A DNA stretch of 64,000 bases from an uncultured Desulfatibacillum sp. (lineage in GTDB: Bacteria; Desulfobacterota; Desulfobacteria; Desulfobacterales; SpSt-501): positions 1,352 through 65,351 of the forward strand of contig CAZNKG010000004.1 of the NCBI GenBank assembly GCA_964573635.1, written 5' to 3'. Under the pieces are notes generated by a model, which was not told the DNA's origin, did not search any database, and was given only the letters and a program-made list of their open reading frames with translations. Positions 23,923 through 32,587 of this stretch are shown here, piece after piece; the first letter of the stretch is position 1, and every line of letters starts with the position of its first letter. The position numbers and the translations under genes were made by a program.

Positions 23923-26847
23923 GTGGCCGATGACCGCGGCGCGGCAGTCGAGCTGATCCACAGGCTTCCGGAAAGGGCGCGGTTCCGGGTGGCGGGACTG
24001 AAGGGCGACCTTCACCGGGCGCGCTTCCTCGAGCAGGCGCTCGGGGAGCGGGCGGGCATACGCCGGGCGGCGGCAAGCCCCGTGACCTCCACGGTCCTCA
24101 TCCGCTTCGCCCCCGGCCGGCCGGTGGAGGAGGTGGCGGCGGCCATCCGCGAAGCGATGGCGGCCGAACTCCCCGAGGGGCAGCCGGCCTTCACCGCGCC
24201 GGAGGGCGCCGCCCGCCGGCCGGGGAAGGGGTGGCCGCCGCCCTGGGCGATGCTTTCGGCCGCCGAGGTGCTGCGGCGCTTCGAGCTCTCCGCTGAAGCC
24301 GGCCTTTCGCCGGAGGCTGTCGCGGAGCGCCGCCGCCTGTACGGGTCGAACCGCCTGCCGGCAATGGCCCCGCGCGACCTGCCGGCCATCTGGAAGTCCC
24401 AGGTGACGAGCCTTCCGGTGGTCTTGACCGCCGCGGCCGCCCTGCTGTCGCTCCTTTCCGGGGCGCTCGCCGAAGGGGCGCTCGCGCTGGCGATCGTGGC
24501 GCTGAACGCCGCCATCGGCGCCTTTTCCGAAAACCGCTCCGAGCGCCTTCTCGACGCGGTGCGGGAATCGGTGGAGCTCAAGGCCCGGGTGGTGCGCGGC
24601 GGACGCCTCACGGAGATCGCCTTCGAGGAGGTGGTGCCGGGCGACCTCCTCGACCTGCAGCCGGGCGACCGGGTGGCGGCCGATGCCCGGCTGGTGCAGG
24701 CGGAGGGGCTGGGCGTCGACGAGGCCGCGCTCACCGGAGAGAGCCTCCCGGTGCAGAAATCCGCCGGCCGGCTTCCTCCGGACGAAGCGGCGGCGGCCGG
24801 CTTCGGCGCCAACATGCTTTTCCGCGGCACCCTGGTGGTGGAGGGCAGCGGCCGCGCCGTGGCCGTGGCCACCGGGGCGCAGACCGTCCTCGGCCGGCTG
24901 CAGAACTTCCTGGGCGCGGTTTTTCCGCCCGAGGCCCTGGTCGCCCGGGAGATGCGCCGCCTGTCGCGCCGCTTCGCCCTTCTCGGCCTGGGTGCGGCGG
25001 GGCTTTTCGCCGTGGCGGCTCTCTGGCGCGGCGCCGGGCTGCTCGGCGCGCTCCGGGGAGCGCTCGCCCTCATGGGCGGGGCGATCCCGTCGGGGCTCTC
25101 CACGCTGACGCTCGGCGCCTTCGCCCGCGGCCACCGCGAGCTGCGGCGAAACCGCGTCCTCGTCCGCCGGCTCCGGGCGCTGGGAAACCTCGCCTCGGCC
25201 CAAATCGTCTGCTTCGACAAGACCGGCACCCTCACCCGCAACCGCATGCGCGTCGCCGTGCTCGCCGCGGCCGGTCCGGCTTTCCGGCCGGCCTTCCGGG
25301 CCCAGCCGCCGGCCTTCATGCAGGACGCCGACGTCCGCTGGCTCGTCTCGCTCGCCACCCTCTGCAACGAGGCTTTCATGGTGCACGAAGGCGCCCAGTC
25401 CCTCGAGGGCTCCTCGACGGAGCAGGCCATCATCCGTCTTGCGGAGCGCGCGGGCATGAACTCGACCGCCTTTCGCAGCGACCACCCCATCCGCGACATC
25501 CGCCACCGCAGCGAGGGCGAGCCCTTCATGGTCACGATTCACCGCTGGACGGCCGACCGCGAGCTCGCGGTGATGAAGGGCAGCCCCCACGAGGTCCTGG
25601 AGCGCTGCGGCCGGGTCCACCGCGGCGGCCGCGCCCACCCGCTCGGGGAGGCCGAGCGCTCCCGCATCGAAGCCGAGAACTCCCGCATGTCCGGAGCGGG
25701 ACTGCGGGTCCTGGGGGTGGCCTACCGCTGGGACCCCAAGGGGGACGCGGAGTCCCTGTGCCCCCCGGGCCGCGGGCTCGTCTGGTCGGGTCTGATCGGG
25801 CTCTCCGATCCGGTGCGCCGGGAGGCGGAGGGGGTGATCCGGGGGCTGCAGCAGGCCGGCCTGCGCACGGCGGTCATCACCGGCGACCAGAGCCTGACCG
25901 CGCAGCACATCGGCCGCGAGCTGGGGCTTTCCGCCGGCGGGCCGCTGCGCATCTTGGACGCCGCGGACCTGAGGGCCCTGAGCCCCGAGGGGCTCAAGAG
26001 CGTCGTGCTGCGCACCCACGTCTTCGCGCGCCTCTCCCCCACGCAGAAGCTTCAGATCATCCAGGCCTATCAGCGCGCCGGGCTCGGGGTGGTGATGGTC
26101 GGGGACGGGTTCAACGATGTGCTCGCCCTGAAGGTCGCCGATGTGGGCATCGCCATGGGCCGCGACGGGGCCGAGCTCGCCCGGCGGACCGCCGATCTCG
26201 TGCTCGAGGACGACGACCTCGAAAACGTGCCGCGCGCCGTGGCGAACGGACGCGCCTTCTATGCCAACATGCGCCGCAGCCTGCGCTTCGTCCTCGGCGC
26301 GGCCCACATGGACGTCGCCGCGGATCTCGCGGCGCGCAGCGGCATCGGCGGAGCGGGGCCGAGCCCCTGGCAAAGCGTCTGGGGAAACCTGGCCTGCCTC
26401 GCCCTCGCGCTGGAGCCGGCCGCCGCCGACGGCCGCGAGCCCCCGCCGCCCGCAGACCTGATCACCCCCGCGGAGGCCCGCGCCGCAACCGCCGACGCGG
26501 TCAAGGCCCTGGCCGCCGCCGCGGTCGCGGGCGGGCTCGGGCGGGCGGGCGCCGGCCCCGGGAGCGATGCGGATCGGCTGCTGTGGCAGAGCGTCTCGCT
26601 CAACCAGCTGCTCCTCGCCTTCACCTGCCGGGGCCGCGACGGAGCCGCGCCGCCGCCCAACCGCAGGCTCCAGGCGGTGTTCTGGGCGCTCGCTGCAAGC
26701 CACCTCTTCGCGGCCCTGCTCGCCGGCGGGCCCGTCCGGGCGGCGGGCGACATCCTCGCGCTCGCCGCGGGCGCGGCGCTATTCCGCCGGCTCGCTCAGG
26801 CCGAGCCGTCGACCGCTTCGGCCGCCTCGCCCCCCCCGCGGGCGTGA
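23923..26847 (+). CDS. P-type ATPase paralogue with an N-terminal HMA-like domain and degenerate ion-site and C-terminal membrane regions
   Basis: A GTG start with GGGGAGGAG 7 nt upstream. It has ERARFRVAGLKGD...TSTVLIRF, GLSPEAVAERRRLYGSNRLP, LTGESLPV, DKTGTLT (25216-25230), TGDQ and GDGFNDVLALK. TM4 reads PSGL (25087-25098) instead of PEGL, and the TM6-equivalent reads WGNLACL (26380-26400). Confidence 0.85.
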   Translation: MADDRGAAVELIHRLPERARFRVAGLKGDLHRARFLEQALGERAGIRRAAASPVTSTVLIRFAPGRPVEEVAAAIREAMAAELPEGQPAFTAPEGAARRPGKGWPPPWAMLSAAEVLRRFELSAEAGLSPEAVAERRRLYGSNRLPAMAPRDLPAIWKSQVTSLPVVLTAAAALLSLLSGALAEGALALAIVALNAAIGAFSENRSERLLDAVRESVELKARVVRGGRLTEIAFEEVVPGDLLDLQPGDRVAADARLVQAEGLGVDEAALTGESLPVQKSAGRLPPDEAAAAGFGANMLFRGTLVVEGSGRAVAVATGAQTVLGRLQNFLGAVFPPEALVAREMRRLSRRFALLGLGAAGLFAVAALWRGAGLLGALRGALALMGGAIPSGLSTLTLGAFARGHRELRRNRVLVRRLRALGNLASAQIVCFDKTGTLTRNRMRVAVLAAAGPAFRPAFRAQPPAFMQDADVRWLVSLATLCNEAFMVHEGAQSLEGSSTEQAIIRLAERAGMNSTAFRSDHPIRDIRHRSEGEPFMVTIHRWTADRELAVMKGSPHEVLERCGRVHRGGRAHPLGEAERSRIEAENSRMSGAGLRVLGVAYRWDPKGDAESLCPPGRGLVWSGLIGLSDPVRREAEGVIRGLQQAGLRTAVITGDQSLTAQHIGRELGLSAGGPLRILDAADLRALSPEGLKSVVLRTHVFARLSPTQKLQIIQAYQRAGLGVVMVGDGFNDVLALKVADVGIAMGRDGAELARRTADLVLEDDDLENVPRAVANGRAFYANMRRSLRFVLGAAHMDVAADLAARSGIGGAGPSPWQSVWGNLACLALALEPAAADGREPPPPADLITPAEARAATADAVKALAAAAVAGGLGRAGAGPGSDADRLLWQSVSLNQLLLAFTCRGRDGAAPPPNRRLQAVFWALAASHLFAALLAGGPVRAAGDILALAAGAALFRRLAQAEPSTASAASPPPRA

Positions 26848-28652
26848 TGCCCGAGCAGCGCGGCCAGCCCCTCCGGCCCCATGTAGCGCTGCAGGGTCTT
26901 GCGGTCCGTGCGCAGCAGATCCACCAGGATCAGGCCGTCCATGACATCGCCGAAGCTGCGGTCGATGTTGAAGGCGAGCAGCTGCCCCCCCAGGTTCAGA
27001 TAGTGGCGCAGGAGGACCGGCACCTCCTTGTTCTGGAACTCGATGTCCCCGATCAGCCCGCAGACCTCCTTGAAGTCCTGGAACCAGGCGTCCGGCGCGA
27101 TCAGCCCGCAGCCGGGCACGCGGATCGGCTTCAGGCGCACGGGCCGCCGCGGCCGCACCATGAGGGCGAGGTCCTTCGCCTGGCTGTGCGCGAGCAGCGT
27201 CGTGGCGATCAGCCGCCGGGTGAGGTCGCTGTAGTCGCGGCTGATGCTGACCGGCCCGAAGAGGAAGCGGTAGCGCGGGTTGCGGGCGATGAAGCCGCCG
27301 ATCCCCTTCCACAGCAGCAGCAGGGCGGAGTAGGATTTCTGGTACTCCGGCCGGATGAAGGAGCGCCCCATCTCGAGCGCCGGCCCGATCGCCTGGAAGA
27401 ACTCCCGGCGGCTGTGGAACAGCGTGCTGGTGTAAAGACCCTCCGGACCGTGCCGCGCGATGATCTGGTCGGTCGGCCCGAGGCGGTAGGCGCCCACGAT
27501 CTCCCCGGCCGCCTCATGGATGACGAACAGGTGCAGGTAGAGATCGTCGAAGCGGTCGAGATCGAGCGCGCGGCCGGTGCCTTCGGCGGCGGCGCGGAAG
27601 GAGATCTCCCGCAGGCGGCCGATCTCCCGCAGGCAGCGGGGGATCTGGCCGGCGGTGGCGAGCCACACGGCGAAGCCGCCGCTTTGCGCCAGCCGCTGGG
27701 CGGCGGGCAGCCGCGCGATCTCCCGTTTGAGCCGCTGCGGGTCCTCGGCCGCCGCGAGCGGCGCCATCCGGGCGGCGGCCGGCCGACCGGGCCGGGCGGG
27801 CGGGCGCCGGGCCGGCTTGGGCGCGCAGCCGAGAATGTAGGTGCGCCACCGCAGGTACTCCGTGAGGCGGCGGTCGTCGCCGTAGTGCTGGAGCCAGCGG
27901 TGGGGGATCGGGGCGCCGATTTTCATCGGGATCACGGCGCCGCGCTTGTGGAGCAGCTCCCGGGCGAGCAGCGCCGTGCGCAGGCGCGGGTGCACGAGCC
28001 CGGCCGCCTGGAACCGGGCGCGGTTGCGGCCGCGGATGAAGACCGGCACGACCGCGGCCTGCGCGCGGCGGACGACCGCCCCGGCGGCGGGGCTCCAGGC
28101 CGGGTCGGTCACCTCGCGGGTGGCAAGCTTCAGGTGGGAGACCTCCCCGGCCGGGAAGACCATGAGCAGCCCGCCGCCCTGGACCCAGCGCACCGCCTGG
28201 CGCAGCGCCCCGAGGTTGGCGCGCGCCGAATGCGTCCGGCCGAAGGGGTCGACCGGGATGGCGAGCGGCCTGAGCTGCGGAATGCGGTTCAGCATGTAGT
28301 TCACGAGAAGCTTCACGTCGGAGCGCACCGACAGCAGCAGCTCGGCGAGCAGGAGCCCCTCGATCCCGCCGAAGGGGTGGTTCGCCACGACCACCACCGG
28401 CCCCCGGGCGGGGATGTTTTCACGCTCCGCGGCGGTCGTTTCGGCGCGCACCTCGAGCGCGCCGAGCACCGCCCGGATGAACTTAAGCGGGTCGGATTGC
28501 GCGCCGTGCGCGGCATAGATGCGCTCGCATTCGCCCAGTCCGAGCAGGCTTTCGAGCGGGCGCGCGGCGGCCGCGAGCCAAGCGCCCTTCCACCCCGCGG
28601 CCGGGCCGGGGATAAGCGAGAAAATCCGGGATTCGAGAGCCGAGATCGCCAT
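26796..28652 (-). CDS. Bifunctional acyltransferase, OlsF-like aminolipid (ornithine-lipid-type) synthase: N-terminal PlsC-type domain plus C-terminal OlsB-type GNAT domain
   Basis: AGGAGGTGG lies 6 nt upstream of the ATG at 28652. It has NHPFGGIEG and FPAGEVS acyltransferase motifs. The C-terminal region (LYLHLFVIHEAAGEIVGAYRLG...LEMGRSFIRPEYQKSY) matches the OlsB/Acetyltransf_5 type. Confidence 0.75.
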   Translation of the reverse strand: MAISALESRIFSLIPGPAAGWKGAWLAAAARPLESLLGLGECERIYAAHGAQSDPLKFIRAVLGALEVRAETTAAERENIPARGPVVVVANHPFGGIEGLLLAELLLSVRSDVKLLVNYMLNRIPQLRPLAIPVDPFGRTHSARANLGALRQAVRWVQGGGLLMVFPAGEVSHLKLATREVTDPAWSPAAGAVVRRAQAAVVPVFIRGRNRARFQAAGLVHPRLRTALLARELLHKRGAVIPMKIGAPIPHRWLQHYGDDRRLTEYLRWRTYILGCAPKPARRPPARPGRPAAARMAPLAAAEDPQRLKREIARLPAAQRLAQSGGFAVWLATAGQIPRCLREIGRLREISFRAAAEGTGRALDLDRFDDLYLHLFVIHEAAGEIVGAYRLGPTDQIIARHGPEGLYTSTLFHSRREFFQAIGPALEMGRSFIRPEYQKSYSALLLLWKGIGGFIARNPRYRFLFGPVSISRDYSDLTRRLIATTLLAHSQAKDLALMVRPRRPVRLKPIRVPGCGLIAPDAWFQDFKEVCGLIGDIEFQNKEVPVLLRHYLNLGGQLLAFNIDRSFGDVMDGLILVDLLRTDRKTLQRYMGPEGLAALLGHHARGGGEAAEAVDGSA

Positions 28653-28719
28653 CGGCGGTCCACCTCCTGGCAGGTCGTGATGTTGAAAGGCCAGGCTACC
28701 CGCCGATTTATAGGCTCCG

Positions 28720-28746
28720 ATTAGCATCGATTTAGTTTTCGGTTCA
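28720..28746 (-). promoter_or_regulatory. Candidate Pho box for the OlsF-like gene
   Basis: Plus strand: ATTAG 28720, TTTAG 28731, GTTCA 28742, in 11-bp phase, 68 nt upstream of the minus-strand ATG. TATAAA/TAGCCT-type hexamers lie proximal to it. Confidence 0.5.
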
Positions 28747-28786
28747 GCCGTCTCTTTTTTCGGCGTCGTCAATATTTAGTGCTATC

Positions 28787-28818
28787 TTAATCCGCACCTA
28801 ACAGCATATGGGTCTAAT
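28787..28818 (+). promoter_or_regulatory. Candidate two-repeat Pho box plus -10 element TCTAAT for the PHP-domain gene
   Basis: TTAAT 28787 and CTAAC 28798 are 11 bp apart. TCTAAT at 28813-28818 follows 8 nt after the extended repeat (CTAACAG, ending 28804). The ATG is at 28864. Confidence 0.4.
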
Positions 28819-28863
28819 GTCGGCATGCATGCCAGCATCGAACGCTGCGACACGGGGGAGACG

Positions 28864-30723
28864 ATGCAAGCCGACCTGCACGTGCACTCGCGATACTCGA
28901 CCCGGCCCTCCCAGTGGTTTCTTCAGAAAATCGGCTGCCCGGAAAGCTTCACCGAGCCGCTGCACCTCTACCAGATCGCCCGGCGGCGGGGCATGACGCT
29001 CGTCACCATCACGGACCACAACCGCATCGACGGCGCGCTCGAAATCGCCCACCTTCCCGGGACCTTCATCAGCGAGGAGGTCACCTCCTATTTCCCCGAG
29101 GACGGGTGCAAGCTCCACGTCCTCGTCTATGACATCACCGAGGCGCAGCACGCCGAGATCCAGAAGCTGCGCGGCAATGTCTACGAGCTGGCCGCCTATC
29201 TGAAGGGCGCCGGGATCTGCTTTGCCGCGGCGCACCCGCTCTACGCCGTGAACGACCGGCTGCGGCCGGCGCACATCGAAAAGATGCTGCTGCTGTTCCG
29301 CATCCTCGAGTTGAACGGCGACAGCCATCCCGACACCAACCGGGCGCTCGAGTCGATCGTCGCGGGGCTCGACCCGGCGGCGATGGCGCGCCTGGCCGAG
29401 CGGCACCGCCTGGAGCCCCTGTGGGCGGAGCCGTGGGTGAAGATCCTGATCGGCGGCTCCGACGACCACAGCTCGCTCAGCATCGCGCGCAACTTCACGC
29501 GGGTGCCGGGGGCCGCCTCGGCGGCGGAGTTTTTCGGCGGCATCCGCGACGGCCGGGCGGAGGTCGTGCAGCGGCCCTCCTCGCCGCAGAACCTCGCCCA
29601 CAATCTGATGAGCATCGCCTACCAGTTCTACCGGCACAAGCTGCACGTGAACGGCGGGGTGCCGCACGACTTCCTGCTGCGCTTCATCGACCGCAGCCTG
29701 CGCCTGACCGACGAGGAGGATTCGGGGCTCTGGTCGCGGCTCACCCTGCTGTGGCGACTGCCGCGGCTGCGCCGGATCACCGGGAGCATCCCGGAGCCGC
29801 TCGTCGAGCTGCTGAAAAAAGAGTGCGGCCGCCTCATCCAGGAGGAGCCCGGGCTTTTCGTCCTGCCGCGCGCGGGCGACCGCATCCCCCAGGGATTGGA
29901 GGCGCGCTGGTTCCACTTCATCAACCGGATATCCAACCGCATCCTGAGCGGCTGCGCCAACCACCTGATGGGGCACTTCTCCGGGGCGAACCTCTTCAGC
30001 ATTTTCCACACGATCGGCTCCGCCGGGGGCTTCGCCACCCTTTTGGCGCCGTACTTCGTGGGGTTTGCGCTGCACAGCGCGCAGCGCCGCTTCGCCCGCG
30101 AGCTCCTCGCCCACTTCGACCGGGAGGCGGCGCCCGGTCCGCCGGAGACCGCGGCCGTTTTCGCCGACACCCTCGAGGAGGCGCGGGCGGCGGCCGGCGC
30201 GGCGGCGCCCGCCGTGGTCCTGACCTGCGCCGGCGGCGGCGGCGACGGCGTCCAGAGCTTCACGCCGATCGGCGTCTACGAGTTCAGCGATCTTCCCGAG
30301 CACCGCATCGCCTACCCGCCGCTCCTCGAGATGCTCGACTGGTGCTTCGCCCACGACATCCGCCGCATCCATCTGGCCGGCACCGGACCGACGGCGCTCG
30401 CCGGCCTCTTCATCGCGCGGTTCCTCAAGCTTCCCGTCGAGGCGACCTTCTCCGATGCGCTCCCCCGGCTCGCGCGGGTCGTGACGCACGACGGCTTCAT
30501 CGAGGACCTGGCGTGGAAGTATGTCGCCTGGTTCTGCAACCAGACGGCCGCGGTGCACGCGCCTTCCGTCGAAGCCCGGCGCACCCTCCGGGAGAAAGGG
30601 GTCGCGCCCGAGAAAATCCTCCTCTCCAACCCGCCGCCGGCCGCGGCGCGGGACGCCGCGCCGGAGGGGGGCGCCGCCGAGCCGCCGGCGGCGCAGCGCG
30701 GATCGCGGGCGGCCGGCCGATGA
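28864..30723 (+). CDS. PHP (polymerase/histidinol-phosphatase) domain protein fused to only the N-terminal half of a GT4-type glycosyltransferase
   Basis: PHP motifs DLHVHSRYS, TDHN and GGSDDH. The C-terminal region IHLAGTGPTALAGLFIARFLKLPVEATFSD...VHAPSVEARRTLREKGVAPEKILL resembles the GT4 N-terminal Rossmann half. The ORF ends where the catalytic C-terminal half normally begins. Confidence 0.7.
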   Translation: MQADLHVHSRYSTRPSQWFLQKIGCPESFTEPLHLYQIARRRGMTLVTITDHNRIDGALEIAHLPGTFISEEVTSYFPEDGCKLHVLVYDITEAQHAEIQKLRGNVYELAAYLKGAGICFAAAHPLYAVNDRLRPAHIEKMLLLFRILELNGDSHPDTNRALESIVAGLDPAAMARLAERHRLEPLWAEPWVKILIGGSDDHSSLSIARNFTRVPGAASAAEFFGGIRDGRAEVVQRPSSPQNLAHNLMSIAYQFYRHKLHVNGGVPHDFLLRFIDRSLRLTDEEDSGLWSRLTLLWRLPRLRRITGSIPEPLVELLKKECGRLIQEEPGLFVLPRAGDRIPQGLEARWFHFINRISNRILSGCANHLMGHFSGANLFSIFHTIGSAGGFATLLAPYFVGFALHSAQRRFARELLAHFDREAAPGPPETAAVFADTLEEARAAAGAAAPAVVLTCAGGGGDGVQSFTPIGVYEFSDLPEHRIAYPPLLEMLDWCFAHDIRRIHLAGTGPTALAGLFIARFLKLPVEATFSDALPRLARVVTHDGFIEDLAWKYVAWFCNQTAAVHAPSVEARRTLREKGVAPEKILLSNPPPAAARDAAPEGGAAEPPAAQRGSRAAGR

Positions 30724-30802
30724 GCGGCCCGCGCCGCGGCGGCCTTCCGGCCGCCGCTTTCCGGAAACCGCCCACCCGAGACGCCTCCCGAGGAAGGTTC
30801 CC

Positions 30803-31996
30803 ATGGAGCATCCGAAGAACTACGTCATCGACACCAACGTGCTTTTGGAGGATCCGCAGGCGCTGATCAAGCTGCGCAACGGAAACGAGAACCGCATCTT
30901 CATCCCCTTCCACGTGCTTCTGGAGCTGAACAAGGTCAAGAAGGACCCGAAGCTCCGGCACATCGTCGCCCGGGTGGTGGACTGCCTGACCGAAAACCCG
31001 GACGCCTTCCAGGTGCTCGACCCGGCCGTCGTCGCCGACCCTTTCGCCAACCGCGTGGACAAGTTCATCCTGGACGAGATCGCCGGCAGCGGGGTCGCCG
31101 AGCCCATCCTGGTGACCAACGACCGGATCTTCCAGCTCCAGGCGCGGCTGCGCGGCATCCGCAGCGAGGTCTACAAGGAATCGGTGCCCTTCAAGTCCGA
31201 GGCGGAGTATTTCACCGGCTTCGTCTCCCGGCGCGAGGAGGCGGTCGCCAACTGCTTCATGTGGAACGAGCAGGGCAAGCCGGTCTTCTTCGGCCCCTCC
31301 GGGGAGAAGGTGATCGACTACACCCACAAGGTCTGGAAGCTCGCCCCGCGCAGCGTGTTCCAGAACCTCGCCGTCGAGCTCATGACCCACCCGGAGATCC
31401 CCATCGTGTCGGTGCAGAGCGAAGCCGGCTACGGCAAGAGCACGCTCGCCCTCGCCTGCGCGCTCACCCTCGCCCTCGAGCGCAAGGCCTACGAGAAGAT
31501 CTTCGTGATCAAGCCGATGATCGAGATCGGCCAGAAGCTGGGCTACCTCCCGGGGAAGCTCGAGGAGAAGATGGAGCCCTACACGCGCACGATCGCCGAC
31601 CTCGTCGCGAAGCTCCACCGGCTGCGGCCGGCGAACCGGATCTTCGCCGACGCCGAGGCGACCCCGCCGCAGTTCAACCCGCGGGTCTTCGAAATCCTGC
31701 CCCTCAACTACATCCGGGGCATGAACATCGAAAACGCGGTGGTCATCATCGACGAAATGCAGAACATGTCGCGCGCCGAGTGCCGCGCGCTGCTGTCGCG
31801 CATGGGCGAGGGGGTGAAGTGCATCTGCCTCGGGGACATCCGCCAGGTGGACAACCCCTACTTGAGCCCCGAGAACAACGGCCTCAACTGGGTGGTGAAG
31901 AAGTTCAAGGGCAGCCGGCTCTACGCGCACCTGGTGCTCAAGGGGGAGAAGTCCCGGGGGCCGATCACCGATCTGGTCATCGCCACCGGCCTGTAA
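30803..31996 (+). CDS. PhoH2-type protein (N-terminal PIN domain plus PhoH-like P-loop ATPase)
   Basis: PIN-like YVIDTNVLLEDP; P-loop SEAGYGKSTLA; PhoH-type IDEMQN and GDIRQVD motifs. Confidence 0.85.
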   Translation: MEHPKNYVIDTNVLLEDPQALIKLRNGNENRIFIPFHVLLELNKVKKDPKLRHIVARVVDCLTENPDAFQVLDPAVVADPFANRVDKFILDEIAGSGVAEPILVTNDRIFQLQARLRGIRSEVYKESVPFKSEAEYFTGFVSRREEAVANCFMWNEQGKPVFFGPSGEKVIDYTHKVWKLAPRSVFQNLAVELMTHPEIPIVSVQSEAGYGKSTLALACALTLALERKAYEKIFVIKPMIEIGQKLGYLPGKLEEKMEPYTRTIADLVAKLHRLRPANRIFADAEATPPQFNPRVFEILPLNYIRGMNIENAVVIIDEMQNMSRAECRALLSRMGEGVKCICLGDIRQVDNPYLSPENNGLNWVVKKFKGSRLYAHLVLKGEKSRGPITDLVIATGL

Positions 31997-32055
31997 CGCA
32001 AAAAAAACCGGCCGCTAATGCGGCCGTAACCGGAGCGGGATTAAATCCCTTGGTC

Positions 32056-32586
32056 ATGATGCAAACGATCATCGACAGCATCACGCGGTTGGACGTCCGG
32101 TGGATGACCGCGATCTTCGGGCTGAACGACCGCCGCCGGGTCGCGGCGGTGATGCCGCGGATCTCCCGGACCGGCGACGGCTACGGCTACCCGCTGATCG
32201 CCGCCCTGCTGCTTTTGCTCGATCCCTCCACCGGACGCGCCTTCCTGGCCGCCGCCGCGGTGGCCTTCCTGATAGAGATCCCGGCCTTCAAATTGATCAA
32301 GCGCAGCGTGCGCCGCGACCGGCCCTGCCGGGTTCTGCCCGGCGTCGAGAGCCGGGTCGCGCCGAGCGACCGTTTCAGCTTCCCCTCGGGCCACACGGCC
32401 GCCGCGGTCCTGGTCGCCGTCCTGCTCGGCAACCTCTTCCCGCTGCTCTTCCCCGTCGCCGCCGCCTGGGCGCTCGCCGTCGGGCTTTCGCGGATCATCC
32501 TGGGGGTCCACTACCCGACCGACGTGATCGCGGGCATGGCGCTCGGCGCGCTCAGCGCCTGGTGCGGCATCGCCGCGGCCGCCTGA
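32056..32586 (+). CDS. PAP2-family (type 2 phosphatidic acid phosphatase-like) membrane phosphatase
   Basis: KxxxxxxRP (KRSVRRDRP), PSGH (FPSGHTA) and SRxxxxxHxxxD (SRIILGVHYPTD) motifs. Confidence 0.85.
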   Translation: MMQTIIDSITRLDVRWMTAIFGLNDRRRVAAVMPRISRTGDGYGYPLIAALLLLLDPSTGRAFLAAAAVAFLIEIPAFKLIKRSVRRDRPCRVLPGVESRVAPSDRFSFPSGHTAAAVLVAVLLGNLFPLLFPVAAAWALAVGLSRIILGVHYPTDVIAGMALGALSAWCGIAAAA

Positions 32587-32587
32587 C

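Noticed and set aside
23739-23933. 64-codon plus-strand ORF in the spacer upstream of the second ATPase
   Set aside because: It starts inside the repeat array, has no RBS, and has a Leu/Arg/Gly-rich composition. The region is better explained as regulatory DNA.
17958-28724. Kilobase-scale antisense or alternative-frame ORFs over the two P-type ATPases and the OlsF-like gene (17958-21128 minus, 23848-26703 minus, 25758-28724 plus)
   Set aside because: They have the same GC-driven artefact composition (RGDPA-rich) with no catalytic motifs. The sense frames contain complete P-type ATPase and acyltransferase signatures.
32009-32026. Hairpin CGGCCGC-TAAT-GCGGCCG after phoH2 as a rho-independent terminator
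   Set aside because: The stem is only 7 bp. The A8 run lies upstream, so a U-tract would exist only for a minus-strand transcript, and no minus-strand gene feeds into it. At best it is a weak attenuating structure.
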